NCBI GenBank assembly: GCA_964387765.1
Contig: CAYLXS010000001.1
Coordinates: 437-64,436 of the forward strand
Length of the DNA stretch: 64,000 bases
Origin: an uncultured Syntrophaceae bacterium
Lineage (GTDB): Bacteria > Desulfobacterota > Syntrophia > Syntrophales > UBA2210
Reading direction: 5' to 3'
The position numbers and the translations under genes are program-made. The notes under the pieces were generated by a model. The model was given only the letters and a program-made list of their open reading frames with translations. It did not search any database and was not told the DNA's origin. Of this stretch, positions 1 through 8,759 are shown piece after piece. Numbering within the stretch: the stretch's first letter is position 1; each line of letters starts with the position of its first letter.

Positions 1-49
1 TTTGTCCATGGTTACTCTGTGCCCCTCACTCTAACCCGGAAAAGTTCAA

Positions 50-89
50 GGGTTTTGTTGGGTTTCGTGCCTTAACCCAACCTACAACT
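50..89. repeat. REP-like hairpin element, copy A (GGGTTTTGTTGGGTTTCGTGCCTTAACCCAACCTACAACT)
   Basis: An 8-bp stem (GTTGGGTT/AACCCAAC) surrounds a 9-nt loop. Near-identical copies lie at 29858-29897 and 57773-57807. This copy encodes the last codons (..CRLG) and the stop of the 72..3320 ORF. Confidence 0.8.
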
Positions 90-3000
90 TGCCAGGAATT
101 CGGATAAAATAACCTCTCTTTTAGCTGAAGGAAACCGTTGGCCCGGTCTTTTTGCATCAAGGATGTTATATGGAATGCTTTTTTTGAGAATTGCCAAAAC
201 TTTCAGGGGATTACTTTCCTTTTCGATTTTTTTCTTGATATTCTTTGTAGTATTTTTTGGAATCACCCCGTCTTCATATCCCCTTAAAACCAGCCTGATG
301 TATTCCTCGTCGTCATCGGTGAAGCCCTGATACTTTTTGAATTCTTTTGCCTTCAAACGTGTGATAACATAGCGTTCATTGGAAAGCCCGCCACGTCCGC
401 CTGATCCTTTCGGTTCAAAATTTTCGCCTGAAGTGATAAAATGGAACTGTTCTTTGTTGTCTTCCAGCATCGGATAGAACTGTTTTGGTATTTTCTCCCG
501 TTTTGTATCTTTGTCGCATTCCAGGATATCCGCAGCTTCGAAGAAGGTGCATTCTCGGGAACCATTGCCGCCTGACATAAAGAACTTTTTCAATTTGCCT
601 TTTCGGAAGAAGGTAAGCAACTGATCGTTTTCCATATCACATTGTCTGGATGATCGTGCTTTCTTCGGAAGGTTTTTAATCTCTTCAAAAAGCGAGGGTT
701 GATTATCACGAATATCACGAATAAACTTCAGGTATTTCAACTCGGATTGTCCTTCTTCATCATCACCCACATACGTCCTTTTGTCCGCAAGGCGTTGATA
801 CAGAGTGTCTCCGAATAATTCATGGGACGACACGACTTCTTCATCGGTAAGATATTTTGCATCCTCTCCAAGCGTGTCGTGGAAAGCCTGAATCTTGGAT
901 TTGATGTTATCTTCCAAGCCGATATGTCTGTCTGATTCATCCGTGGGGAAAAAGTTAAACACATAAATACTTGTGTGTTTAGTTCCTACACGATTCACAC
1001 GCCCAACCCTTTGAAGCACCTTTGTCGGATTCCAGGGCAGGTCATAATTTACTACGATATTTGAACGGTGCAGGTTGATGCCTTCCGCAAGGATGTCAGT
1101 GCTGATAAGAATCCGCAAATCGCCATTCTGGGTCTTGTGGGTGGGGTCGTAATTTTCTTTGATAATACGCCGCGCATCTATGACTGATTTTTTGCCTTCC
1201 GCGGTTTCTCCACCTTCGCTGGAGTAAAACAATACCTTGTTCGGGAACTGCCTGTTAAGATTATCATAAAGATAATCGCCTGTTTCTTTTGATTCTGTAA
1301 ATATTATAAGTTTCTTGTCTTTCAGCTCATTGTTTGTTTTCAGATTATCAATAAAGGTTTCTATTTTCGGATCCGAATCAACAACCGACCACAGATCGCG
1401 TATTGCTTTCAGTATCTTCAAGTCAGACTTGAGGTCTTCAATTAATTTTGGAGTAAATTCATCGGCGCTATATTTTTCAAGCTTTTCCTGCTCTATGAGC
1501 TGAAGTATTTTTTCTTCGTTGTCTTCATCCAGAAGATCGTAAACATCCACTTTTTTGCTGATAAGAATTGTCCCCTTATTGAACATATCAATGAAATTAA
1601 TATAGGATTCAACAAAGCGATCCAATGTATTGCGAAAGGCATAGAAGCTGCTTTCAAGACGTTTAACGAGAATGACCTTCATAAAGCCACCGACATTTCG
1701 CTGGCTTTGCTTTTCAAATTCAGGAAGTTCCCTTTTTAGGTAGAGTAGCGGTGTGTAACGTGCGTATTTAATTTTTTTCAGCAGTTCTATAGTTTGACCA
1801 AAAACAGCGCTTATATGTTCATCAAACTGGTAAATGAACCGCCTCGGATCTTCAACATCAGGGAAAAATAGGCCCTGTTCATCAATATCCTTATTGAAGT
1901 ATTTTGTAATTTCAGACCGCGTCCTCCGCACCATCGTATATTTCAGGATATTTTCCCTGATTTTTCCGGAACCTTCCTTAATGGCGCTGATGTATTCCGG
2001 GTCTGATTTTTTGATATTTTTGAGTCTGTGCATGAGACTCTTAAAGAATTTTTCTAGATTCGGCACTCCCGGAATTGTTGATTTCTTGGGGATCTGAAAG
2101 AGCTTCAATTGGCTTAAAATATCATCAAAGGTATTGTTCAAGGGTGTCGCGGAAACCAGAATGACTTTTTTGCCGTGGCAGACCTGATGAATCATTTCAA
2201 AGCCCTGGGTATATTCATTTCTGAAACGGTGCGCCTCATCAATGAAGATGTAATCATATCTTTCCGTTCCATCTTTGATGATCTGGTCAAGTTTACCGAG
2301 AGATTCCACCCTTGTTTTCTTGATTCCAAAGTCAAAGAATGTCTCTTCCCAGTAATCCTTGAGTACGGGAGGGCATATAACCAGCTTACCACCAGGCAGC
2401 TGTTGAGCCAGCATGGCGGATATAAATGTTTTTCCCAGACCGACAACATCGGCCAGAAACACTCCGTTGTAAGCATCCAGGATTTTCTTGGCGGAGACGA
2501 CTGCCTGTTTTTGATATTCAAGCTCCATAAAACCTTCAGGCAGGTCCAACTCAATCTCTTCATCAAGATTGATGTCTTCCTTCAGGTATTCGTAGAGCAT
2601 TTTCAGATATAGCTGATAGGGGATGATGGCGTCATTGAGCCAGGTTTTGTTCCGGATAGTTTCGACATATTCCTGTGAGATGTTTACGCCGTCTTTCCAC
2701 AGCGCTTCAAATTGCTTCAGGGCGAATTCAACATCAATCCTGCCTTTTAATTCGACGTTGAATTCCCTGTTTGCGATAAGGCCGCTTTCTGAAAAATTGC
2801 TGGAACCTGTGATTACCCTGCCAAAATCCAACTCCCCCTCTTTGAAACGGCTGACATAGACCTTGGCATGTATGTTTTCACTTGGATAGGCGCGCAGTTC
2901 CATCTTTTTCCCGTTGCCGCCATTGGCCATGTCTTGCTCTTTGTCGGCACAATCGGCAGTCAGAAATTCCAGGAATTTTCTGATGCCTATTTCAGTTTCG

Positions 3001-3320
3001 TAAGAGTCTTCCGATTCATCCATTTCGGATGCCGTCTGTTCGCTGAACATGCGTTTGGTTCTGCTGTGTGATTCAAAATCGAATTCGCCCCCGGATCGTG
3101 TCTCTTCAATAATCTCATAGGTCTTCTGATCTACATTGAGACCAACCAGGATTCTGATTTTGTCAATGGATTCAAAGGATTCGTATAACTGATAGAACCC
3201 GCTGGTGCGAAAATACCCGACCAGAACATCAAAGTATTGCACGTGCTCTAATGTCTTTTTGAACCTGTCAAGCAGTGCGTAACCCGGTTCATTTGTGAAA
3301 AAGGTTGTATCGGTAATCAT
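72..3320 (-). CDS. PLD-family nuclease domain fused to an SNF2-family helicase (1082 aa)
   Basis: The N-terminus has a single HKD-type motif (HAKVYVS...GSSNFSESG). SNF2/SF2 motifs are I LADVVGLGKT, II FIDEAHRFRN, III LVSATPLNN and VI QRVGRVNRVG. The last ~250 aa carry no motif I recognise. Confidence 0.85.
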   Translation of the reverse strand: MITDTTFFTNEPGYALLDRFKKTLEHVQYFDVLVGYFRTSGFYQLYESFESIDKIRILVGLNVDQKTYEIIEETRSGGEFDFESHSRTKRMFSEQTASEMDESEDSYETEIGIRKFLEFLTADCADKEQDMANGGNGKKMELRAYPSENIHAKVYVSRFKEGELDFGRVITGSSNFSESGLIANREFNVELKGRIDVEFALKQFEALWKDGVNISQEYVETIRNKTWLNDAIIPYQLYLKMLYEYLKEDINLDEEIELDLPEGFMELEYQKQAVVSAKKILDAYNGVFLADVVGLGKTFISAMLAQQLPGGKLVICPPVLKDYWEETFFDFGIKKTRVESLGKLDQIIKDGTERYDYIFIDEAHRFRNEYTQGFEMIHQVCHGKKVILVSATPLNNTFDDILSQLKLFQIPKKSTIPGVPNLEKFFKSLMHRLKNIKKSDPEYISAIKEGSGKIRENILKYTMVRRTRSEITKYFNKDIDEQGLFFPDVEDPRRFIYQFDEHISAVFGQTIELLKKIKYARYTPLLYLKRELPEFEKQSQRNVGGFMKVILVKRLESSFYAFRNTLDRFVESYINFIDMFNKGTILISKKVDVYDLLDEDNEEKILQLIEQEKLEKYSADEFTPKLIEDLKSDLKILKAIRDLWSVVDSDPKIETFIDNLKTNNELKDKKLIIFTESKETGDYLYDNLNRQFPNKVLFYSSEGGETAEGKKSVIDARRIIKENYDPTHKTQNGDLRILISTDILAEGINLHRSNIVVNYDLPWNPTKVLQRVGRVNRVGTKHTSIYVFNFFPTDESDRHIGLEDNIKSKIQAFHDTLGEDAKYLTDEEVVSSHELFGDTLYQRLADKRTYVGDDEEGQSELKYLKFIRDIRDNQPSLFEEIKNLPKKARSSRQCDMENDQLLTFFRKGKLKKFFMSGGNGSRECTFFEAADILECDKDTKREKIPKQFYPMLEDNKEQFHFITSGENFEPKGSGGRGGLSNERYVITRLKAKEFKKYQGFTDDDEEYIRLVLRGYEDGVIPKNTTKNIKKKIEKESNPLKVLAILKKSIPYNILDAKRPGQRFPSAKREVILSEFLASCRLG

Positions 3321-3337
3321 TCGTTTTTCCTGTGATG

Positions 3338-3408
3338 AAAACTCCCGTTTCTGTTTTGAAAGAAACGAGGCTTTTGTGATTATCTGCCATCTTTAGAACC
3401 TTTTTGAG
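3338..3408. repeat. Cassette-flanking box plus hairpin, copy 1 (also terminator-like)
   Basis: The 22-nt core TTTTGTGATTATCTGCCATCTT (3372-3393) is identical to 4589-4610. An adjacent 9-bp bulged hairpin (3344-3370) has T/A runs on both sides. It lies just 3' of the HEPN stop and 5' of the SNF2 start. Confidence 0.8.
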
Positions 3409-3429
3409 ATTGTTGAAATCGTAATATAT

Positions 3430-3873
3430 TTATACCAGCTCAGGGTGCTTTTCTTTGAGCCACTTCATGACATCTTTCCTTAATTCTCCGGCAAACTCAA
3501 TCAGTTCGTTTGCATCTTTTTCAGTAACACCCCCGACATAATCGTATTCAACGATATTTCTCTTGCTTCTGCATGTGTCGAGGTATTTGACATCTTCTTC
3601 CCTTTCTTTGCCAAGGATTACAGAAAGTGCCTTTATCGTCCTGTAATGCTGTAGAGTCCTTTCCGGCCTGAACCCTTCAGCATGCAGGGGTATTGTGCAA
3701 AGTTTTAACGCGGCATTATATGCGATACCGAATCGCCAGTCGGGCGAAATATCCCCGGCGGCATCTTCCAGATCTCTATTCACAATCTGGAGCAGATTAT
3801 CTATCTCTTCCCTGCTGGATTTATGCAGACGTAACCAACCGTATTCAACCCATTGCTCCAAGCTCATTTTCAT
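3430..3873 (-). CDS. HEPN-domain protein (toxin partner of the MNT gene)
   Basis: A small helical protein that overlaps the upstream MNT gene by 29 nt. The RSKRNIVEYDY region sits where the HEPN R-x4-6-H/Y signature lies. The MNT-HEPN pairing is the classic arrangement. Confidence 0.7.
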   Translation of the reverse strand: MKMSLEQWVEYGWLRLHKSSREEIDNLLQIVNRDLEDAAGDISPDWRFGIAYNAALKLCTIPLHAEGFRPERTLQHYRTIKALSVILGKEREEDVKYLDTCRSKRNIVEYDYVGGVTEKDANELIEFAGELRKDVMKWLKEKHPELV

Positions 3874-4432
3874 TTCCTATAACGAAAATCTTTGGCTTCT
3901 TAAGTATGCCTGTAATGAAATGATCGCCTTTTTCCCTGCGTTTCATAAATTCTTCATTATTCATGACATGGGGATTAATTTCTCTCCCGATTTTTCCAGA
4001 TAGTTCGGAAAGCAGAGCGGTTACTTCCCGCAATCCGAGGGTTCCGATCACCATAAGATCTATGTCGCTTTGTGTCTTTTCATCATGACGGGCAATCGAA
4101 CCAAAGACAAAAGCATATTCGATATCGGAAGACTTATTCAAGACTTCTTTTATAATATCAACCAGTCCGATGGTTTTTAGTACAATGTTTCGGATTTCGG
4201 GATAGAGCGGATGTTCTTTGTTAGCTTGATAATAAAGGCGGTTCCCGTCCCTGTTTTTCTTGATCAACTCCAGACGATGCAGTTTTTTCAACTCCTGCTG
4301 TACTGTGCCTGTTGTAAATCCTGACCGCCTCTCGATCTCGCGCATGTGCAGCGCATCGTCACGGGTACCGAAGAGTATCCGGAAGATTTCCGCTCTTATC
4401 TTCGATGAAAGTATTTCGGCGAGTATATTCAT
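3845..4432 (-). CDS. Winged-HTH plus minimal nucleotidyltransferase (MNT) antitoxin-type protein
   Basis: N-terminal wHTH (HMREIERRSGFTTGTVQQELKKL) and an NTase motif, FGSIARHDEKTQSDIDLMV (G-S...D-x-D). Confidence 0.85.
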   Translation of the reverse strand: MNILAEILSSKIRAEIFRILFGTRDDALHMREIERRSGFTTGTVQQELKKLHRLELIKKNRDGNRLYYQANKEHPLYPEIRNIVLKTIGLVDIIKEVLNKSSDIEYAFVFGSIARHDEKTQSDIDLMVIGTLGLREVTALLSELSGKIGREINPHVMNNEEFMKRREKGDHFITGILKKPKIFVIGNENELGAMG

Positions 4433-4446
4433 ACTGTATGTCTATA

Positions 4447-4462
4447 CCATACAATTGTATGG
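4447..4462. promoter_or_regulatory. Perfect 16-bp palindrome CCATACAATTGTATGG, candidate operator of the wHTH-MNT operon
   Basis: A perfect inverted repeat ending 14 nt upstream of the MNT ATG (4432). A -10-like TATAGA follows, and there is no Shine-Dalgarno sequence. Confidence 0.5.
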
Positions 4463-4557
4463 TTATTCCAAACAATTTTGAGACTGTGTCTATAGTGCCG
4501 AATCTCTGGTAACCACCTCATCATCTATCTGTCTGGCTTTACCTGGAGCGAACAAAT

Positions 4558-4626
4558 AAAACCCCGTCTCTGTTAAGAGCAACGGGGTTTTTGTGATTAT
4601 CTGCCATCTTCAAGGCCTTTTTTGTG
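4558..4626. repeat. Cassette-flanking box plus hairpin, copy 2 (bidirectional terminator-like)
   Basis: The same 22-nt core lies at 4589-4610. The CCCCGT..ACGGGG hairpin (4562-4587) is flanked by AAAA and TTTTT. It lies just 3' of the 4653..4898 ORF stop. Confidence 0.8.
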
Positions 4627-4652
4627 TTTAAAAAGAAAAGATCATTTGTTGT

Positions 4653-4898
4653 TTAATGTATGGCACCCTTGTTTTTTGTTAAGACTTTTGCATATTCAAC
4701 AAAAATCCGTGGAATGTCAAGGGAAACATGGAGCATTAGAGGTTTCAGAAGCTCTTCCATAGTGACACCGATGGATAGCCCGCCGGGATTCCGGAAGGGG
4801 TGAGAAATGAGTTCGCTATTCAGTTCAAGGATAAAGGTTTGACGCTGTTTCCTCATTGAGATATAGATACCGATTTCAGAACAAATCCATGAGAACAC
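4653..4898 (-). CDS. Hypothetical small protein (GTG start; an internal ATG would give 67 aa)
   Basis: ORF only, with no recognisable motif. It is followed by the same box/hairpin element as the HEPN gene. Confidence 0.3.
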   Translation of the reverse strand: MFSWICSEIGIYISMRKQRQTFILELNSELISHPFRNPGGLSIGVTMEELLKPLMLHVSLDIPRIFVEYAKVLTKNKGAIH

Positions 4899-4979
4899 AA
4901 TTGTAACTTATCGGATTAAGACGCGTATTTTGATTGGCCACCGTGTTGTGGAAAATGCTATGGAAATGTATTTTAACGG

Positions 4980-6386
4980 ATGAAAACACCTGCAAGAGAA
5001 GTGATTAACAGTAATGTATTGCCGGGAAAGAGTATCATCATTTCCGTTATGATGACTTCTTTTTTTACGACATTTATCGGCAGTTCAACAAATCTGGCAT
5101 TACCGCTAATCGGGAAGGAATTCGCGGGGAGCGCCCTTGTCCTGAGCTGGATTGTAACCGGTTATATCCTGGCATCAGCCGTATTCCTGTTGCCCATGGG
5201 AAGAATTGCCGATATTGTTGGGAGAAAAAAGATCTTTCTTCTGGGGACGACAGGTTTTACACTTTTCACGTTTCTGTGCGCGGTTTCGTGGTCGAATGCT
5301 TCGCTCATCCTTTTCCGGGTATTGCAGGGAATAACAGCTTCCATGATATACGCGACGGGAATGGCAATAATATCTTCCGCCTATCCGGCCGGGCAAAGGG
5401 GGAAGGCGATGGGGCTGGCCGTGACGGCAACGTATACCGGCCTTTCACTCGGGCCTGCTCTAGGAGGCTTTATATGCCAGCATCTGGGTTGGAGGAGTAT
5501 TTTTTACTTTACCGCTTTAGTCGGTTTGGCCTCTGTTGTGTTCATTATAACCCGCGTGCGGGATAAATGGCCCGGTCGGCAGGGAGAAAAATTCGATCTC
5601 GCCGGAAGTATGCTGTATATGTTCGGGCTTGCCGCATTTTTGTATGGCATGTCATCAATGTACAGTACACCACTGGCAAAGTACATCTTTATAGCCGGTG
5701 TGATTCTCATGACGGGTTTTATCCTTCTCGAATCAAGGCTCCCCTTCCCTCTCATAAATCTGCGATTGTTTTCCCATAACATTGTCTTTGCTTTTTCCAA
5801 CCTCGCTGCCATGATCAATTACAGCGCGACATTTGCTATCGGGTTTCTCCTTTCTCTTTATCTCCAGGTAATCCGGGGATACAGTCCTCAGACAGCCGGT
5901 TTTGTCCTTCTCGCGCAACCTGTTATCATGGCCCTGTTTTCATCATTCGCCGGTTCGCTTTCAGATAGAATCGAACCTCGTATCGTTGCTTCATGTGGAA
6001 TGGGGCTTAACGCGCTGGGTCTTTTTCTTTTTGCGCTTCTCGGCGCCGCTACACCTGTCTGGATGGTAGCACTGAATCTGGCACTGATCGGTCTCGGTTT
6101 TGCTCTGTTTTCCTCACCCAATACCAACGCGATCATGGGGTCTGTAGATGAACAATTCTATGGGGTTGCCGCGTCAACGGTTTCAACCATGCGTATGATC
6201 GGAATGGCTACGAGCATGACTATTGTGACTCTGCTGATTGCGCTGTTTGTCGGTGACACGGAACTCCATCAAACGGATCCCGTCCTTTTCCTGACCAGCT
6301 TCAGAATCGCCTTTGCAGTCTTTGGTATTCTTTGCGCCGGCGGTGTCTTTGCCTCTCTCGCCAGGGGAAATGTGCGGTCTTCGTGA
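4980..6386 (+). CDS. MFS transporter, DHA2 (14-TM drug:H+ antiporter)-like
   Basis: 468 aa with about 14 hydrophobic segments and an MFS motif-A-like GRIADIVGRKKIFLLG. Confidence 0.85.
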   Translation: MKTPAREVINSNVLPGKSIIISVMMTSFFTTFIGSSTNLALPLIGKEFAGSALVLSWIVTGYILASAVFLLPMGRIADIVGRKKIFLLGTTGFTLFTFLCAVSWSNASLILFRVLQGITASMIYATGMAIISSAYPAGQRGKAMGLAVTATYTGLSLGPALGGFICQHLGWRSIFYFTALVGLASVVFIITRVRDKWPGRQGEKFDLAGSMLYMFGLAAFLYGMSSMYSTPLAKYIFIAGVILMTGFILLESRLPFPLINLRLFSHNIVFAFSNLAAMINYSATFAIGFLLSLYLQVIRGYSPQTAGFVLLAQPVIMALFSSFAGSLSDRIEPRIVASCGMGLNALGLFLFALLGAATPVWMVALNLALIGLGFALFSSPNTNAIMGSVDEQFYGVAASTVSTMRMIGMATSMTIVTLLIALFVGDTELHQTDPVLFLTSFRIAFAVFGILCAGGVFASLARGNVRSS

Positions 6387-6454
6387 AAATCGGGAAACAT
6401 CGTGACCGGTTTTAAAAAGTTTCTCCGAACGATTTCAGCATCTTTATACCCCTG

Positions 6455-6865
6455 TCATTGGGAACGGGGTGGCGGCGGGCGAAACATCCGGTGTTTGCCC
6501 CGCTGCTGGAATCTTTTCTGAAACCGGTCAAATTTCTGTTTCTGGTCGTCGGTGAGAATTTCCCGAATCATTCCAAAGTCGTGCTCTATGATTCCCCGTA
6601 TCTCAGGCTGGCACCTCTGGCTGATCTGGGCCAGTCTCTGGTGCGAGTTCCTGAGGATCTTCCCGATTTCGGTTCGTTGCTCCTCTGTCAGGTCGAGATC
6701 GCGCGAGAGTCTTCCCAGGAATAGTTCCGATCGTGCCTCCTGGCCTCTCTGCACAAAGTGGGAAACACGGTATTTCATATAGGCCTGTGTTCCGAACGAT
6801 CCCGCGAGGATTCCGAGGGCAAACACAAGCAGTACCCCGACAGATACTTTCAGTTTATTATTCAT
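6455..6865 (-). CDS. Periplasmic Spy/CpxP-like (LTxxQ) protein
   Basis: N-terminal TM/signal anchor, LTEEQRTEIGKIL and LTDDQKQKF motifs, and a position last in the ECF sigma operon. Confidence 0.65.
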   Translation of the reverse strand: MNNKLKVSVGVLLVFALGILAGSFGTQAYMKYRVSHFVQRGQEARSELFLGRLSRDLDLTEEQRTEIGKILRNSHQRLAQISQRCQPEIRGIIEHDFGMIREILTDDQKQKFDRFQKRFQQRGKHRMFRPPPPRSQ

Positions 6866-6877
6866 TCTCTTTTCTCC

Positions 6878-7192
6878 TTATAGCCCCCAGATCTGTTCGG
6901 CAGTGCTCTCAATCGGATTGGCCATGAATGTCGCGGTTATTTCGTATTCCGGAGAGTAATCAAGGTTTATTAGTGCCACCATCAGCACTACTATCAAAAG
7001 ACTGGCAACGGGGGCAAAACGCCACACAAACCGGCCAAAAAGCGCGGAGAAGTTTGCCGGGGATGCGGGGGCGCCGAGGCTTCGAATATCGCCCATCACA
7101 CGTGTCTCCCAGAACTCACCTGCATGAACAGTATCATTTTCCCGATACGCCGCGCCGAGTGCTTCTGTGATCTTTGTCGTGTTGTCTTTCAT
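6878..7192 (-). CDS. Putative membrane anti-sigma factor (single TM)
   Basis: A 4-nt start/stop overlap with the upstream ECF sigma gene and one TM helix (FAPVASLLIVVLMVALI). There is no zinc-binding anti-sigma motif. Confidence 0.45.
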   Translation of the reverse strand: MKDNTTKITEALGAAYRENDTVHAGEFWETRVMGDIRSLGAPASPANFSALFGRFVWRFAPVASLLIVVLMVALINLDYSPEYEITATFMANPIESTAEQIWGL

Positions 7193-7803
7193 TGTATCAT
7201 CCCCTCTCCTATCGGTCCCGAAAGGAGTTTCTTAAGTTTTCTCCGGGACCGGAACGACCGGACCTTGACATTGGCTGTGGTCCAGCCTAGCATTTCGGCC
7301 GCTTCTTTTACCGTCAGGCCTTCAAGATAGACCAGTTCCAGTACCATTCTGTCTTCGGCGGACAGTTTTGCCAGGGCCCAGTCAAGTACTTCCCGCGCCT
7401 CTTTCCGTGAACCGTGCTCGCCGAATGCACGGTCCGATGTATCCGATATGACGTTTTCGAGCCACTCCTGGTGTTTTTCCGTCAGAGAGCTCATGGGAAC
7501 CTCTTTCGACCGGTAGCGCTGCCTCCAGAAATCATAACAGGTCCGTACCGCGATAGAAGACAGCCAGTGCCTGAAGTTGTCTTCTCCCCTGAAAGTCGCC
7601 AGCGACTGATATGTCTGTATGAAGGCGTTGTGCGCTGTTTCTTCCACCTGATCATAGGGCACGTGTCTGCTCACAATTCCCATTACATGGTCCTTATATC
7701 GTGTCAGTATCTCCGCGAACGCGTCTGCGTCTCCGTCAATAATCCGTTGGATGATCTCGCGATCGCTGGGCTTGCTGGAAGTATTATGCATCGATTCACA
7801 CAA
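7189..7803 (-). CDS. ECF-type RNA polymerase sigma-70 factor
   Basis: Region 2 (VEETAHNAFIQTY..FRHWL) and a region 4 HTH (LEGLTVKEAAEMLGWTTANVKVRSFRSRRKL). Confidence 0.9.
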   Translation of the reverse strand: MCESMHNTSSKPSDREIIQRIIDGDADAFAEILTRYKDHVMGIVSRHVPYDQVEETAHNAFIQTYQSLATFRGEDNFRHWLSSIAVRTCYDFWRQRYRSKEVPMSSLTEKHQEWLENVISDTSDRAFGEHGSRKEAREVLDWALAKLSAEDRMVLELVYLEGLTVKEAAEMLGWTTANVKVRSFRSRRKLKKLLSGPIGEGMIQ

Positions 7804-7980
7804 TCAGGTTTGTTCAGTCTGCTGTCATAGTAAACGAAAATGGGTTCAATTTGCAATGCATAATCACCGGCACTGGCTCGGGGGTCGTCTGCACCTTCCG
7901 GTATACCAGTAAAGCGGGAATCGGAAGGGGCCAAGGAGGGAAAGCATCACCTATCCGTTCCCGCTTTTATTGGAATAATC

Positions 7981-8514
7981 TTACCTTCGGGGGCCGTCGC
8001 CGGGCAATCTGCCGGCAAACGACTTGCCATAACCTCGCTGTGATTCCATCCGGTCAGATCGTTCGGCCGTACGCTCATCGAGCAGTTTTGCCTGCTCAGG
8101 GGTAAGAACCGCTTTTATCTCGGTTATCATTTTTGTCCGCGAGATCAGCATGTCCTCTCGCACCGAAGACAACTTTTTATAGGCCTTGCGAACGCCCTGC
8201 TCGTTAACCTTGTCGGCCTGGAGGGCCTTCCTGAGGTTGTCACGATCCTTTATGAGGTCTCCTCTGGCCTTTACCCTGTCAATCTGATGGGTTTCCATAA
8301 TCTTGATGACCTGGTCCCTTTGAGAATCTGAAAGATTCAGGTCCATCACCGCTCTCAGGCCCGGTCCACCCGGCCCCGATCCCGTCAATCCCTGTTCGGC
8401 GCAATACCCTTCGCTACTTCTCCCGTGCCCTCTGGCTATTGCCACCGATGAAACGGCAAATACAACTGCCAGAACAACTGCCATCACCACTATGCTTTTT
8501 CTTGTTGATTTCAT
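7981..8514 (-). CDS. Periplasmic Spy/CpxP-family chaperone-like protein
   Basis: A signal peptide followed by LSDSQRDQV and LTPEQAKLL LTxxQ-type motifs. Confidence 0.7.
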   Translation of the reverse strand: MKSTRKSIVVMAVVLAVVFAVSSVAIARGHGRSSEGYCAEQGLTGSGPGGPGLRAVMDLNLSDSQRDQVIKIMETHQIDRVKARGDLIKDRDNLRKALQADKVNEQGVRKAYKKLSSVREDMLISRTKMITEIKAVLTPEQAKLLDERTAERSDRMESQRGYGKSFAGRLPGDGPRR

Positions 8515-8759
8515 TGATTACCTCCATCTTGTTTTTTATTGTGCCTGTGAAATGCTTTCCATTGCTGTGTTAGTCGCATGTTATTTCGAAAAGGTTACAA
8601 AGAAAATGCCTTGAACTAATTTCGATAGGTTATATAGTAGTATTCTTTCACACATTTCCGGGTCGTAAAACTTTTTTGTAACTACTTGTGGAATTGAAAC
8701 GACTATACTAAAATACAGTAAAGCACAGATTAAAAAATGCGGCTATTTAAGGATGGGGA

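Noticed and set aside
4518-4532. 15-nt match TCATCATCTATCTGT shared with 19898-19912
   Set aside because: A few exact matches of this length are expected by chance in 64 kb read on both strands. The flanks show no extended similarity.
3338-4626. Integron gene cassettes with attC sites
   Set aside because: The layout looks like a cassette array. But there is no intI, the boxes lack clear R''/R' (RYYYAAC/GTTRRRY) cores, and the hairpin looks like an intrinsic terminator.
7804-8759. Specific ECF-type promoter calls (GAAC...CGT) upstream of the sigma operon and the RND operon
   Set aside because: Several partial matches exist (for example GTAAC-N17-CGAC near 8678-8705). None has convincing spacing or conservation, so I cannot support a call from the sequence alone.
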